Part shown: piece by piece, positions 51,901 through 59,060 of the stretch | How the letters are laid out: each line of letters starts with the position of its first letter | Numbering within the stretch: the first letter of the stretch is position 1 | Assembly: GCA_047611125.1 (NCBI GenBank) | Contig: JBLFXH010000002.1 | Location: 1-59,060, forward strand | Reading direction: 5' to 3' | Source of the DNA: Rhodothermales bacterium | GTDB lineage: Bacteria; Bacteroidota; Rhodothermia; Rhodothermales; UBA10348 | Length of the DNA stretch: 59,060 nt | The notes under the pieces: generated by a model | The model's database searches: none | What the model saw: only the letters and a program-made list of their open reading frames with translations | What the model was told of the DNA's origin: nothing | Made by a program: the position numbers and the translations under genes

Positions 51901-52768
51901 CGGAACGGTATTCATGGCTGGCGTGAACTCGCACTTTATCGAGGGCACGCGGCAGTTGATTCCCGGCTCGGCAGAAACGGCCGGCCGCGTCAACCAGATT
52001 TTCGCAGCAGGCTATCGTGATCTCACGCCGCCGGAAGTCCAGTACAACCGCGCCTCGTATACGAACAGGCTGTCGGGCCAGGTTGGCATCTTTGACTATG
52101 AAGGCGGCCGGACCGTAGGCTTTGGTGGCATCAGCTACCTGCGCCAGGATCCGGGCGTGTACCGCGGTTCAGTGGGCGTTCGGGTTACCGAAGGTGCCAT
52201 CGATCTCTGGTCACCCGCAGGTGGCGAATACAACCTGCGGCTGACGCAGTTGAACTTCCGCGGTTGGGTGCCCAGCGTGATGCCGGATTCGACTCTGCGT
52301 CTGCACGGCAACGTCTCCTTCAATGTGGTGCGTGACAACTTCGGGACACCCGGCACGACCAACGACACCAATTTCGGGACCAACATCCTGCTTGAGGCCT
52401 CCTACAAAGTGGTGCCCAATACCTGGTTCGGGATGACCTACTACCAGATTGACTACCGCTCCCGGACGGACCTCTACTTCTCGCCGCGCAACTACTCCAG
52501 CTACGACATCTTCCTGGAGCACGAGAAGAACATCCCCTTCAAATCCTACATCCGTATTCGAGGCGCAATGGGCGTCGTAGCCCGCTCCTCGGGCTTCGTA
52601 TCTCGAAGCATCGAAATGGATTGGATCAAGCGGCTAGCCGCCAACTGGACATTCAACATGTCCGGCTCGCTGGGACAGTCCACTCGTTCGCTGGGATCAG
52701 GAGCGACCAGCTTCATCGATCAATACAACACATTCACGTTGTCTGCAGCGCTCTCCTGGACCCTTTAG
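48902..52768 (+). CDS. Outer-membrane exopolysaccharide export protein: long TPR scaffold plus C-terminal beta-barrel (PgaA/PelB/BcsC-like)
   Basis: Signal peptide ...MPVSLYAQD, about 950 aa of TPR-like helical repeats, and a last ~330 aa with alternating beta-strand pattern ending ...FTLSAALSWTL. The gene sits directly upstream of the GT2 synthase. Confidence 0.75.
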   Translation: MTSYRYLFASLVAAIIVATMPVSLYAQDVAAQARAEAAIEQGRYDEAVTILDTVIQPGSIDTRALLLRAKAHRLMGDEPSAETDFRAVLEVDPANREALDGLQEIRGQRSPNTGNVNSLRRLVEANPDNLSFQIRYADALFDGQYYREAADQYNIYLDQTQGTPDIVQRYLIAIANYQGDNSLGESVATEYVEIYTTDDDLWMRLGFFRLWQGNYAGALEACEQSLLLNPSNRETQDCTLQARNPDVIARSSTFPIDVAFREVRANPDDDARRYQLIDLLIEAERYFEARQQLDVLADRRGGEAQWKSRDQAVTRGLAASPQPLSTFPIDVKTRELMAKPSKDETRFELVDLLVTDDRYFEARQNLEYLRSDHRNTDRWKTRWATVSTALARLDDGGRSRLSTDTIDVLTRQLMSNPSQDDKRFELVGLLLENRRYNEGDQNLDYLAPRHRRTNQWRRLNQRAEAGLRSLERRGRAPAVQEFIVDRLYRELRSTPNDDEKRFRLVTELIKYNRFAEGWDQLRTLQAAHGEGRRWLSAFVSVDDGLVRAGTPIFAIDRLTYRLAFDPSDSSVRLQLVDALAETGRVSEALDILTDERYADPGNPGYQNRLRTIAEMRLAIAQEGVMELEDVLVANPSNREALREIANHYLVLGRDEEAFETYAALLSVEPGNDALRADFAEALQFRGYYDQALLQADYLLDRQPDNTAFQRLFVLASISQGDLDQLGEAYAENLMGTTGQTDPELLLVLAEYRLLRGDVEMADNYVRAADALNDSRFATRISTVAQLVARERIRSAEADRIELLNAARRLAASRNFNQSIDAYEDYFEAQGRRSRSELKELAQVHSAAADYVSALSILNALQELAWEYDVAKEIARNQYYRDDYSGALRTLEDLATRNPRDYEVRFLQADAYRELGLFTQAEAVYADAQRLAEASEAVGERSAALDLSMRQSLAQSGEWKGLEFAGVIVPVAEAVLARGGGTRYDRWAQGMQTHLIIPWGYGTVFMAGVNSHFIEGTRQLIPGSAETAGRVNQIFAAGYRDLTPPEVQYNRASYTNRLSGQVGIFDYEGGRTVGFGGISYLRQDPGVYRGSVGVRVTEGAIDLWSPAGGEYNLRLTQLNFRGWVPSVMPDSTLRLHGNVSFNVVRDNFGTPGTTNDTNFGTNILLEASYKVVPNTWFGMTYYQIDYRSRTDLYFSPRNYSSYDIFLEHEKNIPFKSYIRIRGAMGVVARSSGFVSRSIEMDWIKRLAANWTFNMSGSLGQSTRSLGSGATSFIDQYNTFTLSAALSWTL
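49655..50765 (+). repeat. Five tandem divergent 71-79-aa protein repeats inside the TPR scaffold gene
   Basis: Units begin STFPIDVAFREVRANPDDDARRYQLIDLL.., STFPIDVKTRELMAKPSKDETRFELVDLL.., STDTIDVLTRQLMSNPSQDDKRFELVGLL.., FIVDRLYRELRSTPNDDEKRFRLVTEL.., IFAIDRLTYRLAFDPSDSSVRLQLVDAL... The nucleotide periods are 219, 231, 237 and 213. Confidence 0.8.
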
Positions 52769-52798
52769 GGGCATCCCGGTAGCCAAACTGGTATAACC

Positions 52799-54289
52799 AT
52801 GGCCGACGAAACGAAAAACGAAAACCCGCCGGTAACTGCGCCGCCTGCCCAGAGAGATGAATCTCTGAGCCGCACGCAGTTCCAGCCCGTACGCAGTGCC
52901 GACGAGGGCATGCTTGGGCCGCGTGAGAACGAATCAGTTCTGGTGAGGCGCATCCTCATCTACGGATTCCTCTCGCTCGTCCTCTTCGGGATCATTTGGT
53001 TCTTTATGGAGGATCCAGGCGGATACCTGTCACGCTGGACCAATAGGCCGGTATCACTCTCTTGGAAAGGCCTGATTGTGTACTCGTCCATCGTGGCACT
53101 GGTGCTCTTCCTGGTGATCCTTCTGTTCCGGTACTTGAGCCTGATGAACATGGCGTACCTGAACACTACCAAGCACACCATTGAAGAGGGGCACGACCCC
53201 AACTTTCTGCCGCCGGTGTCCATCATTGTGCCGGCCTTCAATGAAGGCAAGCTGCTCCACTCAACGGTGGCCTCTCTGCTCGAGATGGACTATCCGCACT
53301 ACGAAATCCTGCTGGTGGATGACGGCTCAACCGATGACACCCGTCAGGTAGCCCGCGATCTGGTTGGGATCTACAGGCAGGGTACGGTCGAAGTGCGTCT
53401 GGTCGAGAAGTCCAATGGTGGCAAGGCCACAGCACTGAACGCCGGAATCCAGGTATCCCGTTATGACTACGTCCTGAATGTGGACGGCGATTCACAGCTT
53501 TCGCCCGATACCCTCCGGAAGACCATACGTCACTTTGTGGATCCGCGTCTCGGCGCCATCGCCGGGAACGTGAAGGTTCTCAACCGGGACAACGTCTGGA
53601 CGACCCTGCAGGCGCTAGAGTACGTGGAGGGCCTGAACATGGCCCGTTCCGCACAGTCCATCGTCAAGCTCGTGAACATCATCCCAGGTCCGCTGGGTCT
53701 GTTTCGCAAGCAGGCTATCGTGGATGCTGGCTGGTACAGCTCCGATACGTTCGCTGAGGATGCTGACATCACGCTGAAGATCATCCGTGCTGGATGGCGC
53801 GTGGAGTACGAGCCCGATGCCAAGTCCTACACGGAGGCGCCGGACAAAATTGTGGATCTGCTGAAGCAGCGGTACCGCTGGACGCGTGGAATCATCCAGG
53901 CCGTCCGCAAGCACCGCGATCTCTTCTTCAATCCCACAATCAACTTCGGTGGAACGATTGTGATGTGGTCGATGGCCTTTGAGGCCCTCATCTGGCCCAT
54001 CATGAACATCTTCGCCAACGCCTACTTCATTTTCATCGCGTTGGTCTTCGACATGAGTTACTACCTGGTCTATTGGTGGCTCAGTCTGACCATCCTGGAT
54101 CTCATTGCAGCGCTGTACTGCGTTGCTGTTGAGAAGGAAGAGGCACGTCTGGTCTTCTACTCGCTCTTCTATCGGCTCTTCTTCATCCTCATTGTGGACG
54201 TCTGTAAGACCTTCGCAACTGTCGAGGAATTCCTCGGCATCGGCATGAGCTGGGGCAAGCTGGAGCGCATCGGAAGCGGCTCGAAATAA
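52799..54289 (+). CDS. Processive GT2 exopolysaccharide synthase, PgaC/IcaA-like (poly-beta-1,6-GlcNAc synthase-like)
   Basis: VSIIVPAFNE, LVDDGSTDDT, NGGKATALNAG, NVDGDS (DxD), GAIAGNVKVLNR, FAEDADIT and QRYRWTRG (QxxRW) are present. There are 2 N-terminal and about 3-4 C-terminal TM helices. The central region aligns by eye to IcaA. Confidence 0.85.
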   Translation: MADETKNENPPVTAPPAQRDESLSRTQFQPVRSADEGMLGPRENESVLVRRILIYGFLSLVLFGIIWFFMEDPGGYLSRWTNRPVSLSWKGLIVYSSIVALVLFLVILLFRYLSLMNMAYLNTTKHTIEEGHDPNFLPPVSIIVPAFNEGKLLHSTVASLLEMDYPHYEILLVDDGSTDDTRQVARDLVGIYRQGTVEVRLVEKSNGGKATALNAGIQVSRYDYVLNVDGDSQLSPDTLRKTIRHFVDPRLGAIAGNVKVLNRDNVWTTLQALEYVEGLNMARSAQSIVKLVNIIPGPLGLFRKQAIVDAGWYSSDTFAEDADITLKIIRAGWRVEYEPDAKSYTEAPDKIVDLLKQRYRWTRGIIQAVRKHRDLFFNPTINFGGTIVMWSMAFEALIWPIMNIFANAYFIFIALVFDMSYYLVYWWLSLTILDLIAALYCVAVEKEEARLVFYSLFYRLFFILIVDVCKTFATVEEFLGIGMSWGKLERIGSGSK

Positions 54290-54387
54290 CAGAGAACGGG
54301 ATCTCAAAATGATCCCAGTTGCAAAATGAGACTGATTTTCAACTACAAAGTGCTCCAAACGGCTCAAAAAGGCCGGTCACCATTTTG

Positions 54388-54403
54388 GGCACAGTGCTTG
54401 ATG
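54388..54403 (+). promoter_or_regulatory. Candidate -24/-12-like element GGCAC-N5-TTGATG, 47 nt upstream of the ATG at 54451
   Basis: Direct reading inside the AT-richer 161-nt gap after the synthase gene. It has the same pattern and spacing as 47567-47582. Confidence 0.25.
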
Positions 54404-54450
54404 ATTGTCAGTCGAATTGAAACCCAAGTGCGCCCAAAGGTGCTACCAAC

Positions 54451-54882
54451 ATGGAACTAGTCCCGATTCTCTCGACAATCATCCTCGTAGGAACAATTGC
54501 CACGTTCATTCTCGCCGTGGCCGCCTACATCCTTTACAAGATTCGTGAGGGCAAAGCCCGTGAGTCGCACCAGCAGACCGGATACATGCAGCAGGAGCCG
54601 CACGTTCTGGTTGCTCCCGACCGCGGCCAGCAGCCCATGATCCAGCAGACGGCTCCGGCCCCTGCGTCGATGTACCAGCCGGCCCCTGGCCAGCAGGCTC
54701 AGCGTCAGCAGCTGCAGGCTCCTCAGCAGCAGGGTCAGAATCCCAATTCTCTCTTCTGGGAGTACACCGACGAAGGCTTCGTTCCGGTGAACCCGCAGCA
54801 GGAGCAGGTCCAGCCGCAACAGCAGCAGGCACCTCAGTCCCCGCAGCAGCCCCAGCAGGACGAAGGATACGCCTGGCTCTAG
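54451..54882 (+). CDS. Single-pass membrane protein with Gln/Pro-rich low-complexity tail
   Basis: TM helix LVPILSTIILVGTIATFILAVAAYILY followed by KIREGKAR (positive-inside rule, so the tail is predicted cytoplasmic). The tail is about 105 aa and dominated by Q and P (QQAQRQQLQAPQQQGQ..., QQEQVQPQQQQAPQSPQQPQQ), ending DEGYAWL. Confidence 0.6.
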   Translation: MELVPILSTIILVGTIATFILAVAAYILYKIREGKARESHQQTGYMQQEPHVLVAPDRGQQPMIQQTAPAPASMYQPAPGQQAQRQQLQAPQQQGQNPNSLFWEYTDEGFVPVNPQQEQVQPQQQQAPQSPQQPQQDEGYAWL

Positions 54883-54926
54883 GCTCTACCACTCCGTAAT
54901 CCACCTCCACCCCGACCACCGATACG

Positions 54927-57233
54927 ATGGCACTGCCTCGACTCGAAAGGATTAACACGCTCTGGTTCGTGACGCTCGGCGTCACCGCCTTGGCCGCCGC
55001 GATCCTGGTGTACATCCTCCTGCTGGAGTCCGCCCTGGGCGCCTTCAGCATCAAGGATGCCTCACCACTGGCGATTGGCGAGACGTCAAAGCCGAGCGTG
55101 GCACTCCTACAGAGTGACTACACTAAGCAGGTCCATCGTGAGCTGAACCTCCGCGACACCACGACCACGTGGGTTGACGAGACCCTTCTTTCATGGCGCG
55201 AGTTTCTCATCGAGAAAGAGCGTAAGATTTCCTTCAAAGACATCAGCGACCGTGAGCTGGAAGAAGGATCTCTGGAAGACTACGACGTCCTGATTCTGCC
55301 TTCTGTGAGGGCGATGTCAGATGTCCAGATCCAGCGTATCAAGGAGTTCATGCAGCGCGGTGGTAGTGTTCTGGCCACCTGGACCCCGGGCGTTTACCGT
55401 CCCGACGGATCCTGGCGTGGATGGAGCTTTGTGGAAGAGGCATTCGGATTGGAGTTCCAGGGATTCGTGGAGCGTGGCGTCGGTAACTATCGCGTCTACA
55501 CAGACACCTTCCCAGGCCACACGCCGGCCGGTATCTACTTCCCCGAGTACCTCGCAGACAACGAAGTCTCTGACCCCTTCGACGGGACTAGTTCCAGAGA
55601 CTTTGTTTTCCGCGAGACCCAGAGAAGTGAGGCGCGCTCGTCTGACTTCCCGCCGCTCCGCACCTACGAGTGGAACGACACACTGGGCACGCAACCGCCG
55701 ACCCGCGACTATGCTCGCGCCGAAATCGTGAACGCTCCTATGCGTAACACGTCGGGCGAGCTGACCTATCAGGACGCTGTCAAAGTGACCTACTTCACCT
55801 GGATTGGTGGAGACCCGACGGCCGAGATTCCCTATCCCCGGACGAACGCCGGTATCCGACGCTTCACACTTCGCGGTAACACGCCGCTGACGGCCAACGT
55901 GCCTTCGGGCTATCGCGTCAAGATTCAGGTCTACAACCCGGGCGTCAAGGTTCGGGTCACTGAGCCCGAGCGGACGCAGTCGGGCGGCTTCTGGTATGAC
56001 TTTGCCACCGATGACCTGGTGAGCACTGACGCTGTCGATGCCACAACAGGTGTCGCCTACGGCACCTATGGCGAAGGCCGCTTTGTCTACCTGGGCTTCC
56101 AGCGCAACGCCATGGGCGTCGGGCCGGATGATACAGAAGACTGGCTCCAGCTCGGCAAGGTGTTCGCCAACATGATGAACTACCTGCGCCGCAAGCCGGT
56201 GATCTGGGTTCATGACTGGCCGTATCCCTACAAGTCAGCCGGCATGATGACCGGTGTCGCCGAAGACAACACCCAGGCATTGGGACCAGTCGTCGAGATG
56301 CTGGAAAACGAAAATTTCCCCGGCACGTTCTTCGTGCAGCCGGAAAACTCCCAGGGCCAGTCGGCCCTCGTCAGTCGGATGTACGATCTGGGTGATGTCG
56401 GCGTCTACGACACGCTTCGGACCCGCAGTGACGGATCAACGGCTGTTCAGGCGCAACGTCTGCAGCGCCTACGCATTTCCTTGGAAGGTCTGGCCGGTGG
56501 CCGCCCGATCAAGGGATATCGCTCCACCGAGCGAGGCATGCTCAGCAACGAGACCATGGGTGGTCTGGTGGACGCTGGCGTCTATACCTACTTCATGCCT
56601 GACTCAATCGGTCGTCGTACGACGCCGAAGGTGATGGGCGAGCCCTTCGAGTCCCTCACCCGTATTGGCGTGACCACTCGGAGCGACAAAGATATTCTGG
56701 GTGGCGATGCCACCATCTCGATGGACTTGGCCTCAAGCCTGATTCAGGACGGCATCCGCCGGGCTGAATATGAAGGTGGCCTGTTCAATATGGTCTACTC
56801 TGGTGAGCTGTTGGGTCAGAACGTCGGCGTCCTCAGGGGCGTGGCAAGGACCCTGAAGAGTGGCAACTTCTGGAACGCCTCCGGCGACCAGATTGCCCAC
56901 TGGTGGAGGCTCCATGAGGGACTGAATGCTGACGTTGAGCAGCGGGGTCCATCTCGGATTTTCGTCCGGGTGTCGAATGACAACGGAGACATCGCGCAGA
57001 ACGCCTCCATCAGCATCGCGCTGGGACGCTCTGTCGAGTCTGTAAATATCCGCCCAGAGCTGATCAACATCTTTAAGGTGTTCGGCGAAGGAGAGGACAT
57101 TCCGTCCTACGAACTGCACGAGAACGGCACTGTGCTCGTGATGCCCATCACCGAGCTGAAGCCGCAGCAGTACCGGATCTTCCACATTGACCTCATCGGC
57201 CCTGAGACCGATCCGTTCCGCCAGGACCGCTAG
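54927..57233 (+). CDS. Membrane-anchored periplasmic protein: GATase1-like/GH42M-like motif plus CE4 (NodB)-like region with non-canonical catalytic motifs
   Basis: N-terminal TM LWFVTLGVTALAAAILVYILLL, then DYDVLILPSVRAMSDVQIQRIKEFMQRGGSVLATW. The later MMTGVAEDN...FPGTFFV...LGDVGVYDTL...KGYRSTERG lines up with the CE4 motifs TFDDG / ATFF / GHExGxH / RPPYG, but without the His pair. Paralogous to the next gene. Confidence 0.5.
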   Translation: MALPRLERINTLWFVTLGVTALAAAILVYILLLESALGAFSIKDASPLAIGETSKPSVALLQSDYTKQVHRELNLRDTTTTWVDETLLSWREFLIEKERKISFKDISDRELEEGSLEDYDVLILPSVRAMSDVQIQRIKEFMQRGGSVLATWTPGVYRPDGSWRGWSFVEEAFGLEFQGFVERGVGNYRVYTDTFPGHTPAGIYFPEYLADNEVSDPFDGTSSRDFVFRETQRSEARSSDFPPLRTYEWNDTLGTQPPTRDYARAEIVNAPMRNTSGELTYQDAVKVTYFTWIGGDPTAEIPYPRTNAGIRRFTLRGNTPLTANVPSGYRVKIQVYNPGVKVRVTEPERTQSGGFWYDFATDDLVSTDAVDATTGVAYGTYGEGRFVYLGFQRNAMGVGPDDTEDWLQLGKVFANMMNYLRRKPVIWVHDWPYPYKSAGMMTGVAEDNTQALGPVVEMLENENFPGTFFVQPENSQGQSALVSRMYDLGDVGVYDTLRTRSDGSTAVQAQRLQRLRISLEGLAGGRPIKGYRSTERGMLSNETMGGLVDAGVYTYFMPDSIGRRTTPKVMGEPFESLTRIGVTTRSDKDILGGDATISMDLASSLIQDGIRRAEYEGGLFNMVYSGELLGQNVGVLRGVARTLKSGNFWNASGDQIAHWWRLHEGLNADVEQRGPSRIFVRVSNDNGDIAQNASISIALGRSVESVNIRPELINIFKVFGEGEDIPSYELHENGTVLVMPITELKPQQYRIFHIDLIGPETDPFRQDR

Positions 57234-57237
57234 AACT

Positions 57238-59060
57238 ATGACAGAGATCAAACACATCGTGCGTCTCCTCACTCTGGCTGTCATCATTGTAGCTGGACTG
57301 GGGATCACCCGCAACGCAAGCGCGCAGGCCGTCGACGCGACCCTGACGCTCGCCAAGCCAGCTCCGGGCGTGAGCCACACGGTCGGCAACCTCTGGGACA
57401 ATGACGAGCCCCGCGTGGCTCTACTGGTCTCCGAGCAGGCCAAAGGCATTTCGACGCTGGAGTCCTCCCGCGTCCGGGACGCCGTGTACTTCTGGGAGGT
57501 TTTCCTTCTGGGACTTCAGCTACCGTACGTGACCGTCAACGATTCCGAAGTTGGCAAGGGCCTCAGCCACAAGGACTACGATCTGTTGATCATGCCCGCT
57601 GGCGATGCGCTTTCAGGCCGCCAACGCAAGGAGATTCTGAAATTCGTGGATCGCGGTGGCTCGGTCATCGCCTCCGGTTCGCTGGGTCGATACGACGAGC
57701 GCGGCCGTACGGTGGAAGACTCCTTCTTCTCCGATCTGCTGGGTGCTGAGCTGGTGACGCGAGTCCCACAGCAGCCCTTTGGCCTCCTACACAGTGTAGA
57801 CGGTGCGACTCCAGTAGGCCTCGGAGTTCCTCCCGGATTCCGGTTGAACCTGGCTTCAATGCCCGGTCTCACCGCGGCGCGCCCTGTGACCGGTACCCCG
57901 CTTGGTACTCCCTACTCCTACAGTGGTCGGGACGATGGCCTCTTCTCTGAGCTCTCCCTGATGATGCTCAACAAGAAGGGCGACGGCATGGCACTGTGGA
58001 CCCGCTTTGGTCCTCAGGATGTCTCCCGCGAACGCGCTCATCAGGCCGCCTACCAGCGGATGATGGCCAATGCAATTGCTCTCTTGACCGGCGCCCGCAG
58101 CGTATCGGTTCGTCCTTGGCCCGAGCTCGCACAATCGGCCCTCGCCATAGCGGCGCTGCCGACGGTCGGGATGGCCCCACTACAGTACATGGCTGGCTGG
58201 GAAGAATTCCTGAGTCTGCTACAAACCCAGCGCGTGCCTGCCACCTTCTTCCTGACCACCGACGAAGCCCTTGGCTTTCCCGATCTCGTGGCCGCCATGG
58301 GTCAACTCGGAGAAGTGGCCATCGCCGCCGAGTCAGACAACGTCCTTCTGGGTCAGCCCCTTGAGGTTCAAGCCGGCCGTATGTCCCGCGCAAGCGGATC
58401 CCTCGGCGGTACCCAGGTTGGTCTCTATCCGCCGGGTGGCTACCACGATGGCAACACGCTACGTGCTGCCGTCGAAGGCGGCTACAACTATCTCCTGATG
58501 CCCAACGGGCAGAGCCTTGCGCCAACCGCAGTTCGCTGGTGGGAAGACGTGGACTACCGGGCGCTGCAAGCCTCGGCCACTGAGCAGGTGGATCTCGCAT
58601 TCCTGCGGTCCCGTCGTCGTCAGACTCGCGAGCCGCGTCGTGTGGCGGCCGTCGCGCCGACACCAGCAGTCCTGATGCCCCTGGATAACGGAATGAAGGA
58701 CTATGTCACCCGGTTCCACGAAGTGGAGCGTGCCGGTGGAGTCTACATCCTGCCTTTCCATCCCGAGTCCGAGCGCTCCGGGTCCGCCAAGACCGGCCAA
58801 CTGCGTGACGTGATTGGTCTGGCCCAAGAGCGCGGTACCTGGATGGCCACCGTAAATGAAGTCTTACGCTGGTGGACCCTTCGGAATTCAGTTTCCGTGG
58901 ATGTGGCCGATTCCCATAATGACTACTTCGTGATAGATGTCAACAACCAGGGCGGCGAGGCCATCTCGGGTCTGACACTCGAACTCAGTCTCGGCGACGT
59001 AGGCTTCAACTCGCTCGAAGGTGATCTCACCGGCGACCTCGTAGCCGGCGACTTACCCGG
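57238..59060 (+). CDS. Secreted paralogue of the preceding protein (GATase1-like plus CE4-like), 3' end beyond the window
   Basis: Not in the ORF track because there is no stop. The ATG at 57238 is 4 nt after the previous stop, and hand translation stays open to the window end (607 codons). Signal peptide MTEIKHIVRLLTLAVIIVAGLGITRNASAQ; DYDLLIMPAGDALSGRQRKEILKFVDRGGSVIASG; VPATFFLTTDE...LGEVAIAAESDN...LYPPGGY; ATVNEVLRWW. Confidence 0.6.
   Translation, partial: MTEIKHIVRLLTLAVIIVAGLGITRNASAQAVDATLTLAKPAPGVSHTVGNLWDNDEPRVALLVSEQAKGISTLESSRVRDAVYFWEVFLLGLQLPYVTVNDSEVGKGLSHKDYDLLIMPAGDALSGRQRKEILKFVDRGGSVIASGSLGRYDERGRTVEDSFFSDLLGAELVTRVPQQPFGLLHSVDGATPVGLGVPPGFRLNLASMPGLTAARPVTGTPLGTPYSYSGRDDGLFSELSLMMLNKKGDGMALWTRFGPQDVSRERAHQAAYQRMMANAIALLTGARSVSVRPWPELAQSALAIAALPTVGMAPLQYMAGWEEFLSLLQTQRVPATFFLTTDEALGFPDLVAAMGQLGEVAIAAESDNVLLGQPLEVQAGRMSRASGSLGGTQVGLYPPGGYHDGNTLRAAVEGGYNYLLMPNGQSLAPTAVRWWEDVDYRALQASATEQVDLAFLRSRRRQTREPRRVAAVAPTPAVLMPLDNGMKDYVTRFHEVERAGGVYILPFHPESERSGSAKTGQLRDVIGLAQERGTWMATVNEVLRWWTLRNSVSVDVADSHNDYFVIDVNNQGGEAISGLTLELSLGDVGFNSLEGDLTGDLVAGDLP

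Noticed and set aside
54298-54316. Short hairpin gggatc-N7-gatccc just after the GT2 synthase stop as a possible terminator
   Set aside because: The stem is only 6 bp and no U-tract follows, which is insufficient for an intrinsic terminator call.

Overview
This is a GC-rich chromosomal window with strong GC3 bias and many long antisense 'shadow' ORFs. Its gene content points to the Bacteroidota/Rhodothermota-Balneolota lineage: the miaB / sigma-54 activator / lptE block, DUF4290, DUF4249 and DUF3109 genes, bamD, and atpDC split from the rest of the atp operon. This lineage call is an inference from gene content, not from a search. About 45 kb is ordinary housekeeping: ruvC, yebC-family, ribD, ribE, miaB, lptE, anmK, thiL, atpDC, ruvB, rpoN, gcvP, rnc, nadD, bamD, guaA, gcvH, accCB and efp, plus two secreted Zn-metallopeptidases, a GH3 hydrolase and a class-A beta-lactamase-fold hydrolase. 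I saw no rRNA gene, intact tRNA gene or CRISPR array. Two regions are non-standard. (1) About 1 kb at 23.9-24.9 kb is a scar holding a frameshifted IS3-type transposase C-terminal relic. It is followed by a clean terminator abutting a sigma-54-like -24/-12 element, an 87-aa orphan ORF and a second strong terminator. (2) The right-hand ~12 kb (47.6 kb to the window edge) is a co-directional synthase-dependent exopolysaccharide locus, and it is the best candidate for an undescribed system. It encodes a cytoplasmic protein with a KaiC/RecA-like domain (degenerate Walker A) fused to a degenerate GGDEF domain that keeps an RxxD I-site, which makes it a predicted c-di-GMP receptor. It also encodes a 1288-aa TPR protein with a C-terminal beta-barrel (PgaA/PelB/BcsC-like), a PgaC/IcaA-like GT2 synthase, a 143-aa single-pass Gln/Pro-rich protein, and two tandem paralogous periplasmic proteins. 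These two paralogues carry a GATase1-like motif plus a CE4/NodB-like region whose canonical catalytic motifs appear degenerate. The second paralogue is cut by the window end. All functional calls rest on motif recognition by eye in the translated ORFs; no searches were run.
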